Positions 28,459 through 38,303 of a stretch of DNA of 64,000 nucleotides are shown one piece after another. This stretch comes from Bdellovibrionales bacterium (GTDB lineage: Bacteria; Bdellovibrionota; Bdellovibrionia; Bdellovibrionales; UBA1609), in the NCBI GenBank assembly GCA_043764155.1, contig JAYUKW010000030.1, forward strand, positions 28,603 through 92,602, in the 5' to 3' direction. The notes below the pieces were generated by a model that ran no database searches, was not told the DNA's origin, and saw nothing but the letters and a program-made list of their open reading frames with translations. The stretch's first letter is position 1. Each line of letters starts with the position of its first letter. Position numbers and translations under genes: made by a program.

Positions 28459-29058
28459 TTACTTCTTTAATCGTAGACCGAATAAAACGGCGTCTAAAGT
28501 GTCTCGAAGTAATGTCTCTCGATTTTCGTTTAGATGCTGTGCCACCAGCTTAGGGTGATGAAAGCCGACTGTCGCAGCTCGGATGATCGATGACATTAAC
28601 TTCGGATCGGCATTGAGCAATTTCTTTTTAGCGATAGCTTTCGAAACTAAAATATTTATCTGCTTATCAATGTTTTTAAGATGGCACTGAATGAACGGCT
28701 TATGCATTTCTGCTGCAAAATCAAAAGCCTTATAGAGCTCTGGGTCACGAAGAACTTTTTCAAGTTTTGCTTTGTGTATATAAAGAGCCCATGTATGGAT
28801 CAGCTCGCAAGGATCTTTTTTTTTCTCTACAATGGCTTCCAAGTCTTCATCAATTTTAGCTATCCAGCGCTCAGAGACGATATCAAAAAGTGCCGACTTA
28901 TCGACGAAGTGAGTATATAGAGCCGCATGACTAATTCCAATCTCTCTTGCGACCTCGGTCAGCTTCAATTTTTCAAAGCCATGTTTACGGATATGATCAG
29001 CAGCAATAACAATGGCTTTTTCTCTGATTTGATCTGGGGTAAGTCCTGTTCGCGGCAT
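28459..29058 (-). CDS. TetR-family transcriptional regulator
   Basis: GFEKLKLTEVAREIGISHAALYTHFVDKSAL HTH. Confidence 0.93.
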   Translation of the reverse strand: MPRTGLTPDQIREKAIVIAADHIRKHGFEKLKLTEVAREIGISHAALYTHFVDKSALFDIVSERWIAKIDEDLEAIVEKKKDPCELIHTWALYIHKAKLEKVLRDPELYKAFDFAAEMHKPFIQCHLKNIDKQINILVSKAIAKKKLLNADPKLMSSIIRAATVGFHHPKLVAQHLNENRETLLRDTLDAVLFGLRLKK

Positions 29059-29100
29059 TTAATTATTATAGACCAAATAATATTGCAATCCAAGTTATGC

Positions 29101-29148
29101 AAGTTACATATTTGACAATATGTAACTTACATAATATATTATATGTAA
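29101..29148 (+). promoter_or_regulatory. sigma70 promoter overlapped by two TetR-type operators
   Basis: TTGACA (29112-29117)-17 nt-TATATT (29135-29140); TTACATA-N8-TATGTAA at 29104-29125 and 29127-29148. Confidence 0.75.
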
Positions 29149-29166
29149 TCAAAAAGAGAGGCTAAT

Positions 29167-29961
29167 ATGAAATTAAGTGGAAATACGATTCTTATTACTG
29201 GTGGCGCATCAGGCATTGGACTTGGTCTAGCTATTGAATTTAAAAATCTAAATAATCAAGTTATTGTTGCTGGGAGATCAAAAGAGAAGTTGAAAGCTGC
29301 TGAAGTCTTAGGGCTTAAAACCTATTCAGTAGATATGACAGACCATCAAAGCATTCAACAACTAGCAAAAAATGTAATCTCAGATTTTCCAAAATTAAAT
29401 GTTGTCATTCAAAACGCAGGCGTTTCGAAAAGCGAAAATATTTTGAACGAAAGTAATTCAAGCGCTCAAGAAGAGATGATTGCGACCAACGTGTTAGGCC
29501 CAATGCGATTAACAGATGCTCTTTTACCGCATTTTTTAAAGCAAGATCATGCTACCATTATGACAACTTCATCTGGCTTGGCTTTTCTGCCACTGGCCAT
29601 GAATCCAACTTATTGTGCAACCAAAGCTGCTCTTCATTCTTATACAGAAAGCTTACGATATCTGCTAAGCAGCACTCCCGTTGATGTGATTGAGATTATT
29701 CCGCCTTATGTTCAAACTTTTCTGGGGGGCGAACGCCAAGCAAATGATCCCCATGCCATGCCACTGAAAGAGTATATCGCAGAGGTCATGCAGATCTTAA
29801 AGGATCAACCTGAGGCTACAGAGATCTTGGTCAATCGAGTTCGCGAATTGAGGTTCGCAGCTGACGGTGGTGTTGAAAAATATCAGACCTTCTTTAAAAA
29901 ATTCAATGACATTATGACGAGCGCTCATGCCACTCAAGATGCCAACGGAAGAAAGAGCTAA
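29167..29961 (+). CDS. short-chain dehydrogenase/reductase (DltE-like)
   Basis: TGGASGIG, QNAG, SSGLAF, YCATKAA. Confidence 0.93.
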   Translation: MKLSGNTILITGGASGIGLGLAIEFKNLNNQVIVAGRSKEKLKAAEVLGLKTYSVDMTDHQSIQQLAKNVISDFPKLNVVIQNAGVSKSENILNESNSSAQEEMIATNVLGPMRLTDALLPHFLKQDHATIMTTSSGLAFLPLAMNPTYCATKAALHSYTESLRYLLSSTPVDVIEIIPPYVQTFLGGERQANDPHAMPLKEYIAEVMQILKDQPEATEILVNRVRELRFAADGGVEKYQTFFKKFNDIMTSAHATQDANGRKS

Positions 29962-29963
29962 AT

Positions 29964-30842
29964 ATGATAGTTGTCACCACACCTACGGGTCAAATCGGTA
30001 GTAAAGTTCTAGAAAAACTTTTGAAGACAAATGAAAAACTGCGCGTGATTGTTCGCGATCCATCGAAAATATCAGACGATGCAAAAAGAAAAGTTGAAAT
30101 TATTCAAGGCTCACTTGATGATTTTAAAACTGTATCAAAAGCCTATGAAGGTGCAGATGAACTCTTTTTTGTTGTACCACCAAGTATGCAATACACGGAT
30201 GTGAACGAATACTACTTAAATTTTTCTAAAGTCACTTGCGATGCGATTCGACAACAGAATGTTAAAAGGGTCGTTTATGTATCGGGCACAGGTCTTGGGT
30301 ATGAAAGAAAGGCAGGCCCAGTCTCAGCATCTTACTTGGTTGAACAAGCACTCAAGACCATAGGTATCGCCACGCGAATTTTACACTGTGGAACCTTTAT
30401 GGAAAATTTATTACACAGCGTTCAGTCAATTAAATTTAGAAACCAATTCGCGACATCTGTTCCACCAGATATAAAAGCCCCGTGGGTCGCAACAAAAGAT
30501 ATCGCAGATGCAGCCATTCATCTTTTGCTCGATAAAACTTGGCAAGACCAAGATTCCGTTGGCGTGCTAGGGCCAGAAGATCTTTCTTACTCCGAGATCG
30601 CAAAGATTATAGGTTCGGTTATTGGCAAAGAGGTTCAATACGAGTCAATTTCCAGCGAAGCACTTAAAACGACAATGGTTCAGTATGGCGCGACAGAAGC
30701 CGCAGCTCAGGGCTTAGTTGATATTTATTCCTCCATGAAAAACGGAGTCTTCAACAAATTGCAACGTACACCAAAATCATCATCACCAACATCATTTCGC
30801 AAGTGGTGCGAAGAGGTTTTTAAACCTATGATTTTAAAATAG
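29964..30842 (+). CDS. NmrA-like NAD(P)H-binding protein
   Basis: VTTPTGQIG, FMENL, ATKDIADAA, GPEDLS..EIA. Confidence 0.88.
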   Translation: MIVVTTPTGQIGSKVLEKLLKTNEKLRVIVRDPSKISDDAKRKVEIIQGSLDDFKTVSKAYEGADELFFVVPPSMQYTDVNEYYLNFSKVTCDAIRQQNVKRVVYVSGTGLGYERKAGPVSASYLVEQALKTIGIATRILHCGTFMENLLHSVQSIKFRNQFATSVPPDIKAPWVATKDIADAAIHLLLDKTWQDQDSVGVLGPEDLSYSEIAKIIGSVIGKEVQYESISSEALKTTMVQYGATEAAAQGLVDIYSSMKNGVFNKLQRTPKSSSPTSFRKWCEEVFKPMILK

Positions 30843-31068
30843 CCTGAATATTATTTATGATTTTATGCGTTCGATTTATTTAAGTTTTTCAGGTCTATTT
30901 AAACCGTAAGCTACGATTAAGATCGGTTAAGATTTAGTTCATTATTTTAAAAAACAGAAATTTAAAAAACCTATCAACAAATACCAAAATACAAGCTATA
31001 GATTTGATGTTAAATTTGGGAACAATTAATAAGTTTAGATTAAATGTTTTAGATATATTAGAGGTCTT

Positions 31069-32043
31069 ATGAATATTGGAATTTTAGGTGCAACAGGTTT
31101 AGTGGGACAAACTTTTTTAGATTTATTAAAGGACAGCTCTCTTAAGATCACAAATTTACATCTTTTTGCGTCTGAAAAAAGCCAAGGCCAAACCATTAAG
31201 TTTAAATCCAAAGACTACACTGTCGAAGTGATTTCTGAAGATCATTTGAAGAATTTAGATTTACTATTTATTGCGACTGGCAACGACTTAAGCCTTCACT
31301 GGTCCCCTATTGCGGTAAAGCATGGCTGCTTTGTGGTCGATAATTCATCTGCATTTAGAATGCATCCTGAAAGTGCTTTAGTCGTCCCTGAAGTGAATCC
31401 AGAATTAATCAATTCTAAAAAACCACAGATTATTGCCAACCCCAACTGTTCAACGATTCAACTGACTTTACCCTTAAAGGCTTTATCCAATGACTACACA
31501 ATCAAAAGTGTAAAAGTGGCGTCTTATCAATCAGTCAGTGGCGCAGGTAAAGAAGCCCAAATGGAATTAATAGAACAATCTAAAAATCCTGACAAAACAT
31601 TTACACCTGTGAACTTCACTCACCCTATTGCGTTTAATTCCATTCCCCAGATTGGTAGCTTTTTAGATGATGGGTTTTCAACTGAAGAAGATAAAATCAT
31701 GATGGAAACCAGAAAGATTTTAAATCTTCCTGATTTAAATATCAGTGCCTTTACAGTTCGTGTTCCAAGCTTGAACGGACACGCTGAAGTTTTATGGATC
31801 GAGCTTGATCAACAAATCACAAAATCTCAGTTTATTCAGTCCCTTAAAAAAATGCCAAATTTAGTTGTGTCTGAAGATGGCTTCCATGTGGTTAGGGACG
31901 TTTCTGGCCAAAAAGAAGTGTTTGTTGGACGCATTCACATGGATCGTTTTGATACAAAAACTTGGATTATTTGGGTTGTAGCCGACAATTTATTAAAAGG
32001 GGCCGCGTGGAACGCTTTACAAATTGCAGAGTTGCTTTTTTAA
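31069..32043 (+). CDS. asd: aspartate-semialdehyde dehydrogenase
   Basis: GATGLVG, DNSSAFRM, ANPNCSTIQ, YQSVSGAG, RVP...GH, ADNLLKGAA.NA. Confidence 0.96.
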   Translation: MNIGILGATGLVGQTFLDLLKDSSLKITNLHLFASEKSQGQTIKFKSKDYTVEVISEDHLKNLDLLFIATGNDLSLHWSPIAVKHGCFVVDNSSAFRMHPESALVVPEVNPELINSKKPQIIANPNCSTIQLTLPLKALSNDYTIKSVKVASYQSVSGAGKEAQMELIEQSKNPDKTFTPVNFTHPIAFNSIPQIGSFLDDGFSTEEDKIMMETRKILNLPDLNISAFTVRVPSLNGHAEVLWIELDQQITKSQFIQSLKKMPNLVVSEDGFHVVRDVSGQKEVFVGRIHMDRFDTKTWIIWVVADNLLKGAAWNALQIAELLF

Positions 32044-32066
32044 CCCAAGTCTTAGATCATATAAAT

Positions 32067-33713
32067 ATGGCCTTTAGTCTTATTTCCAGTCCCTTTTTTA
32101 AATTAATTTTGACCTCAATATTCATTTTATTTGGTTCAAACTCTTATTCTGCAATTTTAGGAACATCAGTAAGAATTGGGAATTCTTCTAGAGCCATTTT
32201 ACAAAGTGGTGTTCAGTGGCGGGTCTACGGAAGTTTTATTGGCCCTGACGAAGGTTTTTCTGGCACAACTACTTTTGATAACTGTGATCAAGCTCCAGTT
32301 ACATCTTTTATTGGCTGCAATAAAACCAGAGTTAACGGCTCAACTGTTTTAACTGTTTCTTTTAATGATGATGTTCAGTATGTCGGAAATAAAGCTGTTC
32401 TTGTTTATTTAAAAACAGGGACTGTTGTAGGTACGACTAATCCTAATTTAAGTTCTGATAGCTCTGCCACATTTCCACAGAACTCAACTTTTGTTGGACG
32501 AGTCACTTGGGCTTCGCTTTGTGGAGCCGCAGGTGGTGAAATTGTAAATTACGCCACAGCTTCAACTGCACTTGGCGCCCCTGTGACAGCCTGTATGGAT
32601 AAATTAAGCCCTGGAACACCTTTAAATAAAGCCGTTCAATTTGCAGTTGGTGTCGCGGGAGACGGTGGTATAGCCAGTTCTGAAGTTTTACTAGATGTAA
32701 GATTTATTACCCCAACACCAAATCTTGGAAGCTTTGCCCCGACTGTTGGGGCATCAATAGAGGGTTCGGATGGTTTTATAAGTGTTGCCGGATGCTTTAA
32801 AGATGTAACAGCATTAAGTACTGGAACCACGGCTTCAACTGGTACTGCCCAAGGGGCTTATTCTGGATTCTGTGATTACAATGTAAAACCTGGTGATGAT
32901 AAAATACGGATGGAATCAAACCCTGGTATTGTGAACACACTTGATATTTATTCCCCATCATTAAATTTAGGGTCAGGACTTTCAAGCGTTCCCTACAGAG
33001 GGTTTGTTTTATTTATGTCTAACACAGGATTTGCTGACACCTTCCCTTGGTCACCAGGTGTTGTATCTAAAAATAACTTATTTAGAACCGTTGGAAGCAT
33101 AGAAAGTGGCTTTGAAGACAGTTCTTTTTCTTCATCTAAAATTAAAAATGAAATAGAAGTTTACACTAGGATGGCCACCTTAGATGAGGCTGGAAATATC
33201 ACTCATTTATTTAGCGACGCCATGATCAACTCTAACTGTGGGGCTGTTCCTGCTGCGGGCACACCTGCCTATTACCGTTATTTTGTAGGTCAAATTCCTT
33301 TAGGAGATCTACCGCCCTATGCAGGTCGCTGCCCTTATGCCACTATTCCAAGTTTAGTGACCGGCCTACTTGAAGAAGATATTAATTGCTTTGTGGCTAC
33401 AGCTTTAAAAAATTCACCTTATGATTATCAGGTTTTAGTCTTACGAGAATTTAGAAATCGTTTTTTAAAATCTTTTTCTTTAGGTCGAAGCTTTATTGAT
33501 TTTTATTATTCAAAAGGACCTTTAGCTGCTAAATGGTTAAATGAAAATCCTGAATTTAAACCTGTATTTCGTGTTTTGCTTTGGCCGGTTTATCTAGTGG
33601 CTTTCATTTTTAATTCTTTGGGTGGTTTTTTTGGTCTAGTTTTCTTAGTCGCTTTACTTATTACACCAATGATCTTTTGGAATTTACGTCGAAAGACTTT
33701 CTTTCATTCCTAA
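32067..33713 (+). CDS. exported Cys-containing surface protein with C-terminal CFI-box-CTERM-like domain
   Basis: Signal peptide after ATG 32067; CFVATA...VLREFRNRFL...GRSFIDFYY..GP, then TM segment and RRK tail. Confidence 0.8.
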   Translation: MAFSLISSPFFKLILTSIFILFGSNSYSAILGTSVRIGNSSRAILQSGVQWRVYGSFIGPDEGFSGTTTFDNCDQAPVTSFIGCNKTRVNGSTVLTVSFNDDVQYVGNKAVLVYLKTGTVVGTTNPNLSSDSSATFPQNSTFVGRVTWASLCGAAGGEIVNYATASTALGAPVTACMDKLSPGTPLNKAVQFAVGVAGDGGIASSEVLLDVRFITPTPNLGSFAPTVGASIEGSDGFISVAGCFKDVTALSTGTTASTGTAQGAYSGFCDYNVKPGDDKIRMESNPGIVNTLDIYSPSLNLGSGLSSVPYRGFVLFMSNTGFADTFPWSPGVVSKNNLFRTVGSIESGFEDSSFSSSKIKNEIEVYTRMATLDEAGNITHLFSDAMINSNCGAVPAAGTPAYYRYFVGQIPLGDLPPYAGRCPYATIPSLVTGLLEEDINCFVATALKNSPYDYQVLVLREFRNRFLKSFSLGRSFIDFYYSKGPLAAKWLNENPEFKPVFRVLLWPVYLVAFIFNSLGGFFGLVFLVALLITPMIFWNLRRKTFFHS

Positions 33714-33732
33714 TATTAAGCTATAATTTTTT

Positions 33733-35013
33733 ATGGGCTTATCTGAAATGACTTTAAATAATAATCTTAAAATTAATTTTAAAGCTAAATTTAAAATCCA
33801 ATCACCTATCTTTTTAATTACTTTTCTTTGCTTATCTTTATCTTCATTTCAAATAAAGGCGCAAACTGAAGATGATTTATTTAATTCAGTTCCACTCAAT
33901 TCGGATTCAAGCTTAGAAAACTCCGATGACACCGCATTAAATGAATTCATGGAAGAAGACGTTCCACTTAAAGAAGTTCCAAGCGAGGGCAATTCCTTTG
34001 AATCAGGTTTGGACTCTGACATGGAATCTAAAACTGAAAAAACAACAGATTCAAACCAAGATGCAGAATCAGAGCTTTCAGAATTTGAAACAGATTTACA
34101 AAAAGATGGTTTATTATCTGAAGATGTCGATGCTTTGCCAAATGACGCTAACTCTTTACCTTCAAATAAAAGGCCAGCAAATCCTCTGACTGCACCATCT
34201 CCAAGAAGACCTTCACCAAGCGATCTTTCAAACGAAGACTACATGACCAAAGACGTTGAAGGCCTTCAGGGTCAAAATGTTAAAGCAAGCCAGTCTAAGC
34301 GTGTTAAGTTCATCAAGCACCCAGGACAAAAACAAGGCCTTTATAAAATATCCGCTGACGGAAAATATTATTACAAGATCACTGAAAGCAAACAAAAGTA
34401 CGGCCTTGCAGTTAAAGGCGGGGCTTTAGTTTTAAATCAACTTGAAAGCATCAATGGAACTAGAAAGTTTAGCGATATTTATGGAAGCTCAGCTAAGCCT
34501 TCGGTTTATGTTGAATACTACTGGTCTTTTTTTAAAAACAAAGATGTCCCCAATATTTTAAAAAAAGCTCGTGTCAAAATTGGATCAGGACTTTTATTTG
34601 CGACTGGCCAAGGAAGCTTTAATGATCCAAATTATGTTGGCGTCGATTCGGGGGAATCTTTAACTTTTTTAGCTTTTCCCAACAACATTGGTCTTCACTT
34701 AAGTTTAGAAGTTAAAGACAAACAGTTAGTTGTTCCCTTTGTGACTGGCGCTCTGGAATACCTCGTTGGTATTGAAATGCAAAACGACAACCTAAGTAAA
34801 ACTAAATTTTTAGGTCAACTTGGCGCACACTTCGGCGGGGGCTTAGCACTCAGTTTAGGTTGGCTTGAAGAGTCCGCGAAATTTGATTTAGATGCAGAAT
34901 GGGGCATCAACCAAACTTATTTAGTCGTTGAGCTTAGACAAAATATCGCCATTCAATCCGATTTTAATTTCACCGCCACATTCATCAATGCTGGCATTCA
35001 ATTCGAATTTTAA
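33733..35013 (+). CDS. outer-membrane beta-barrel protein with acidic disordered N-region (MXAN_2562-like)
   Basis: Signal peptide; D/E-rich linker; amphipathic strands; DLDAEWGINQTYL and terminal GIQFEF beta-signal. Confidence 0.7.
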   Translation: MGLSEMTLNNNLKINFKAKFKIQSPIFLITFLCLSLSSFQIKAQTEDDLFNSVPLNSDSSLENSDDTALNEFMEEDVPLKEVPSEGNSFESGLDSDMESKTEKTTDSNQDAESELSEFETDLQKDGLLSEDVDALPNDANSLPSNKRPANPLTAPSPRRPSPSDLSNEDYMTKDVEGLQGQNVKASQSKRVKFIKHPGQKQGLYKISADGKYYYKITESKQKYGLAVKGGALVLNQLESINGTRKFSDIYGSSAKPSVYVEYYWSFFKNKDVPNILKKARVKIGSGLLFATGQGSFNDPNYVGVDSGESLTFLAFPNNIGLHLSLEVKDKQLVVPFVTGALEYLVGIEMQNDNLSKTKFLGQLGAHFGGGLALSLGWLEESAKFDLDAEWGINQTYLVVELRQNIAIQSDFNFTATFINAGIQFEF

Positions 35014-35052
35014 TAAAAGAAAAGTTCCAGCAAGTGTGCTAGACAGTCACTC

Positions 35053-35823
35053 ATGCGTATTCGTTTAGATGTAAGCTACAAAGGTACAAACTATTTTGGT
35101 TGGCAAAAACAGCCAAACCATCCTTCCATTCAACAGGCCTTAGAGATCGCACTTAGCCAGTTGTTTAATACCGAATTTAAAACTCAAGGCTCCGGTCGCA
35201 CAGATGCAGGAACTCATGCGTACCAGCAAGTGGTCGACTTTGAACTCAACCAAAATATAGACAACATTAATTTCATTAGGGGCATTAACCGTTATTTACC
35301 CCTTGATATCCGGGTGATGAATGCATTTGAAGTGCCGGATACTTTTAATAGTCTAAGAAGTTCAATCTCTAAAACTTATGTCTATAAAATAAATAATCAA
35401 CCGGTCCCCTGCCCCATCAAATCCGATTTGACTTACTGGGTCAGAAATCAATTGGACTTAAAATACTTAAATGAAATCAGCCAACCCTTGGTTGGCAATC
35501 ACGACTTTGCTTCATTTCAAACAGCTGGAACGCCTGTTTTAACAACAGTTCGTGAAATTTATGAAGCCAAATGGATCGAAAAACCTGATCAAGAGGTGTG
35601 GTTTGTCATTTCTGGCAATGGATTTTTAAAACAAATGGTCCGAAATATTGTGGGAACACTTCTTGATGGTCATTGGAAAAAGGCCCACACAGCAGACTCT
35701 ATTTCTAAGATCTTGGCTTCCAAGTCCCGCCCCCAAGCCGGTAGTACAGCCCCCGCTCACGGACTTTATTTATATGAAGTTAAATACCCCGAAGACCTTG
35801 ACAAGAAATGCCTAAAATCTTAA
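35053..35823 (+). CDS. truA: tRNA pseudouridine(38-40) synthase
   Basis: YKGTNYFGWQKQ, GSGRTDAGTHA, GNHDFASF, GFLKQMVRNIVG, TAPAHGLYL. Confidence 0.97.
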   Translation: MRIRLDVSYKGTNYFGWQKQPNHPSIQQALEIALSQLFNTEFKTQGSGRTDAGTHAYQQVVDFELNQNIDNINFIRGINRYLPLDIRVMNAFEVPDTFNSLRSSISKTYVYKINNQPVPCPIKSDLTYWVRNQLDLKYLNEISQPLVGNHDFASFQTAGTPVLTTVREIYEAKWIEKPDQEVWFVISGNGFLKQMVRNIVGTLLDGHWKKAHTADSISKILASKSRPQAGSTAPAHGLYLYEVKYPEDLDKKCLKS

Positions 35824-35903
35824 TTGTTTCTATTCTTATTAAAAATAATAAGTTTACGTTTTATGTTCACATGATCACTGTAGGCTTAACTAAAGGATAA
35901 TTT

Positions 35904-36341
35904 ATGAAAACTTGGAATGCTAAAGCTTCTGATAGACAAGACAAATGGTGGCTAGTTGATGCTGAAGGCAAAACCCTTGGTCGTATGGCGTCTGAAATTG
36001 CAAAGATATTACGTGGCAAAAATAAACCGACATTTACACCTAATGTAGACACAGGTGATTTCGTTGTCGTTGTAAATCCAGAAAAAGTTTTAGTTAAAGG
36101 TCGTAAGTCAGAGCAAAAAATCTACTTTAGACACACAGGTTTTTTTGGTGGATTAAAAGAAACTTCATTTAAAGAAATGTTAGCTAAAAAACCTGAAAAC
36201 ATTATTGAGGAAGCTGTTAAAGGCATGTTACCTAAAAACAAATTGTCTTCTCAGATCATTAAAAAATTAAAAGTTTATCGTGGAGCAACTCATCCTCATG
36301 AGGCTCAAAACCCTGAAATCTTAGCTCTTAAAAATTCTTAG
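35904..36341 (+). CDS. rplM: 50S ribosomal protein L13
   Basis: [42 protein letters not shown]. Confidence 0.99.
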   Translation: MKTWNAKASDRQDKWWLVDAEGKTLGRMASEIAKILRGKNKPTFTPNVDTGDFVVVVNPEKVLVKGRKSEQKIYFRHTGFFGGLKETSFKEMLAKKPENIIEEAVKGMLPKNKLSSQIIKKLKVYRGATHPHEAQNPEILALKNS

Positions 36342-36356
36342 AAAGGAACTTAAAAC

Positions 36357-36767
36357 ATGGCAACAACAGCAGCAGCAACAAACGTATTTTATGCAACTGG
36401 AAGAAGAAAAACTAGTGCAGCTCGTGTATTCCTTAAAGCAGGAACTGGAAAAATCACTGTTAACGGTAAGAACTTGGATGACTATATTGTTGATTCAGTT
36501 CGTCGTCAGCTTGTGTTCCAACCTTTTGAAGTGACTGGAACTAAAGGAAATTTTGATGCTGTTGTGACTGTAAAAGGTGGCGGATTAACAGGTCAAGCCG
36601 GTGCAATTAGACACGGAATTTCAAGAGCTTTATGTTCAACCGATGATGTTGTTATGAGACCTAAGTTAAAATTAGCTGGTCTTCTTACTCGTGACTCTAG
36701 AATGGTTGAAAGAAAGAAATACGGCTTACACAAAGCCAGAAGAGCGGTTCAGTTCTCGAAACGTTAA
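36357..36767 (+). CDS. rpsI: 30S ribosomal protein S9
   Basis: [46 protein letters not shown]. Confidence 0.99.
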   Translation: MATTAAATNVFYATGRRKTSAARVFLKAGTGKITVNGKNLDDYIVDSVRRQLVFQPFEVTGTKGNFDAVVTVKGGGLTGQAGAIRHGISRALCSTDDVVMRPKLKLAGLLTRDSRMVERKKYGLHKARRAVQFSKR

Positions 36768-36795
36768 TCTTTATTAAATACTTTTTATATTTTTT

Positions 36796-36828
36796 AAAAA
36801 CCCAATCCTCAACAGATTGGGTTTTTTA
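36796..36828 (+). terminator. intrinsic terminator of rplM-rpsI
   Basis: AAAAACCCAATC-ctcaaca-GATTGGGTTTTT followed by a T-rich tract. Confidence 0.85.
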
Positions 36829-37017
36829 TTTTTTGAAGAGTTTATTTTTCAATCAAAGTAGATCTATGACCAAAATAACAAAGCTCGATGGCGCAAGACA
36901 TTGCAAGTGAAGCTTTTTAGCGAAACGATTGCAATGTTGAGTGACACTCGCTTCGCTTTGTTATTTTGGTCATAGATCTACTTTGATTGAAAAATAAACT
37001 CTTCAAAAAATAAAAAA
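36822..37017. repeat. 196-bp element with perfect 63-bp inverted repeats, family C
   Basis: Arms 36822-36884 and 36955-37017 are exact reverse complements; 70-nt spacer with inner stem ACATTGCAA/TTGCAATGT. Confidence 0.92.
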
Positions 37018-37096
37018 AATCGAAGATTGTACTTATGCGTCTTTCCCCTGCTTAATTCATAGGCCTAAAATATAATTATTCCATAAGGGGGAAACA

Positions 37097-37939
37097 ATGA
37101 ACAAATTTTTGTTATTTTTTTATTCGTTATTATTAGGTGCGTATGCTTTTGCAATTCCAACAAAGGTTAATGCTCCATTTTTTAAAGTCGAAAAGAATGG
37201 CCAAGTGGCCTACATGCTAGGAACAATTCACACGGGACTTGATTTCAGCAGCTTACCAAAAGAAATTCAAACTTTGTCTGACACTTCAGAATCACTGATT
37301 GTTGAAACAGACATTTCATCAGCACAAGCCTTGCTTGCTCAAGCATTTCCATCAGGCGCCAAAGACTCTTTAAAAAATCAACTGACACAAGACGAATGGG
37401 ATAAGTTTTCTTCAGTCGTAGGACCTTTACTTGGCCCTCAAGCCCCTTTTGTGATGGATCGTTTACATCCAGCCATGGCCACATCCATTTATTCATCGGC
37501 TAACTTTCCTGAAACCAAAGAGCCACTTGATAGATTTTTAGTAGACAAGTTTACTAAATCAAATAAACCAATTCTATTTTTTGAAGACATATCGGTGCAG
37601 TTGGACGTTATCGCCAAAACACAAACTATTGATACTTTAAAACAAACACTAGTTGTGACCCAAGCGCAGATGGATCAACAAGCCCAAATGTTGTTATTTA
37701 TTTATTCTTCTGGAAACTTACAACTTGTAGAACAATTCTTAGTCAATCCAATGCCACAAGAGCAGTTAGATTTACTTTTAATAAACAGAAATCTAGCTTG
37801 GCAAACAAAATTTGATGACTTGTTTAACCGTCAAGGTGTTGAATTCTTTGCATTCGGAGCAGCACATTTAGTGACTGACTTTGGAATGATTAAACTTGCT
37901 GAAGATCTTGGTTACACTGTGACTCAATTACAATACTAG
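37097..37939 (+). CDS. TraB/GumN (TIKI-like) family exported protein
   Basis: Signal peptide; YMLGTIH, LIVETD, LD, FEDISVQL, NRNLAW, FFAFGAAHL. Confidence 0.88.
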   Translation: MNKFLLFFYSLLLGAYAFAIPTKVNAPFFKVEKNGQVAYMLGTIHTGLDFSSLPKEIQTLSDTSESLIVETDISSAQALLAQAFPSGAKDSLKNQLTQDEWDKFSSVVGPLLGPQAPFVMDRLHPAMATSIYSSANFPETKEPLDRFLVDKFTKSNKPILFFEDISVQLDVIAKTQTIDTLKQTLVVTQAQMDQQAQMLLFIYSSGNLQLVEQFLVNPMPQEQLDLLLINRNLAWQTKFDDLFNRQGVEFFAFGAAHLVTDFGMIKLAEDLGYTVTQLQY

Positions 37940-37961
37940 TTTTATAAATTAAAGTACTGTT

Positions 37962-37997
37962 AAAAGATTTAGAGTTAAAACTCTAAATCTTTTTTTT
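37962..37997 (+). terminator. intrinsic terminator
   Basis: AAAAGATTTAGAGTT-aa-AACTCTAAATCTTTT plus T run. Confidence 0.75.
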
Positions 37998-38303
37998 ATG
38001 ATCCTTGTTCTTTTACAATAAATTAGAAGATTTAAGCTTTCTGCCTGTATTAAATCGCCACCATTAATGGCATCTATATTTAATATTTATGGCAAAATTG
38101 CTTTTAAAATAAGTCATATTTGAAAAAAAGATCCATTTTTATCATTCTATGAAAGTTTTCAGTTAAGGCTTGATCCTTATCTAGACAAAGCAAACCTCAC
38201 CCACATATAAAATCTTAGATTAAGTATTTATCACTCGTCTCATTAGATGCTGAATATTTAAACGACCATTTATTTAAAAAACTAAATGTCGAGGGGGACA
38301 TGA

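Noticed and set aside
31962-32066. N-terminal extension of the CFI-box protein overlapping asd
   Set aside because: The signal peptide begins at ATG 32067; the upstream TTG is an ORF-caller artefact
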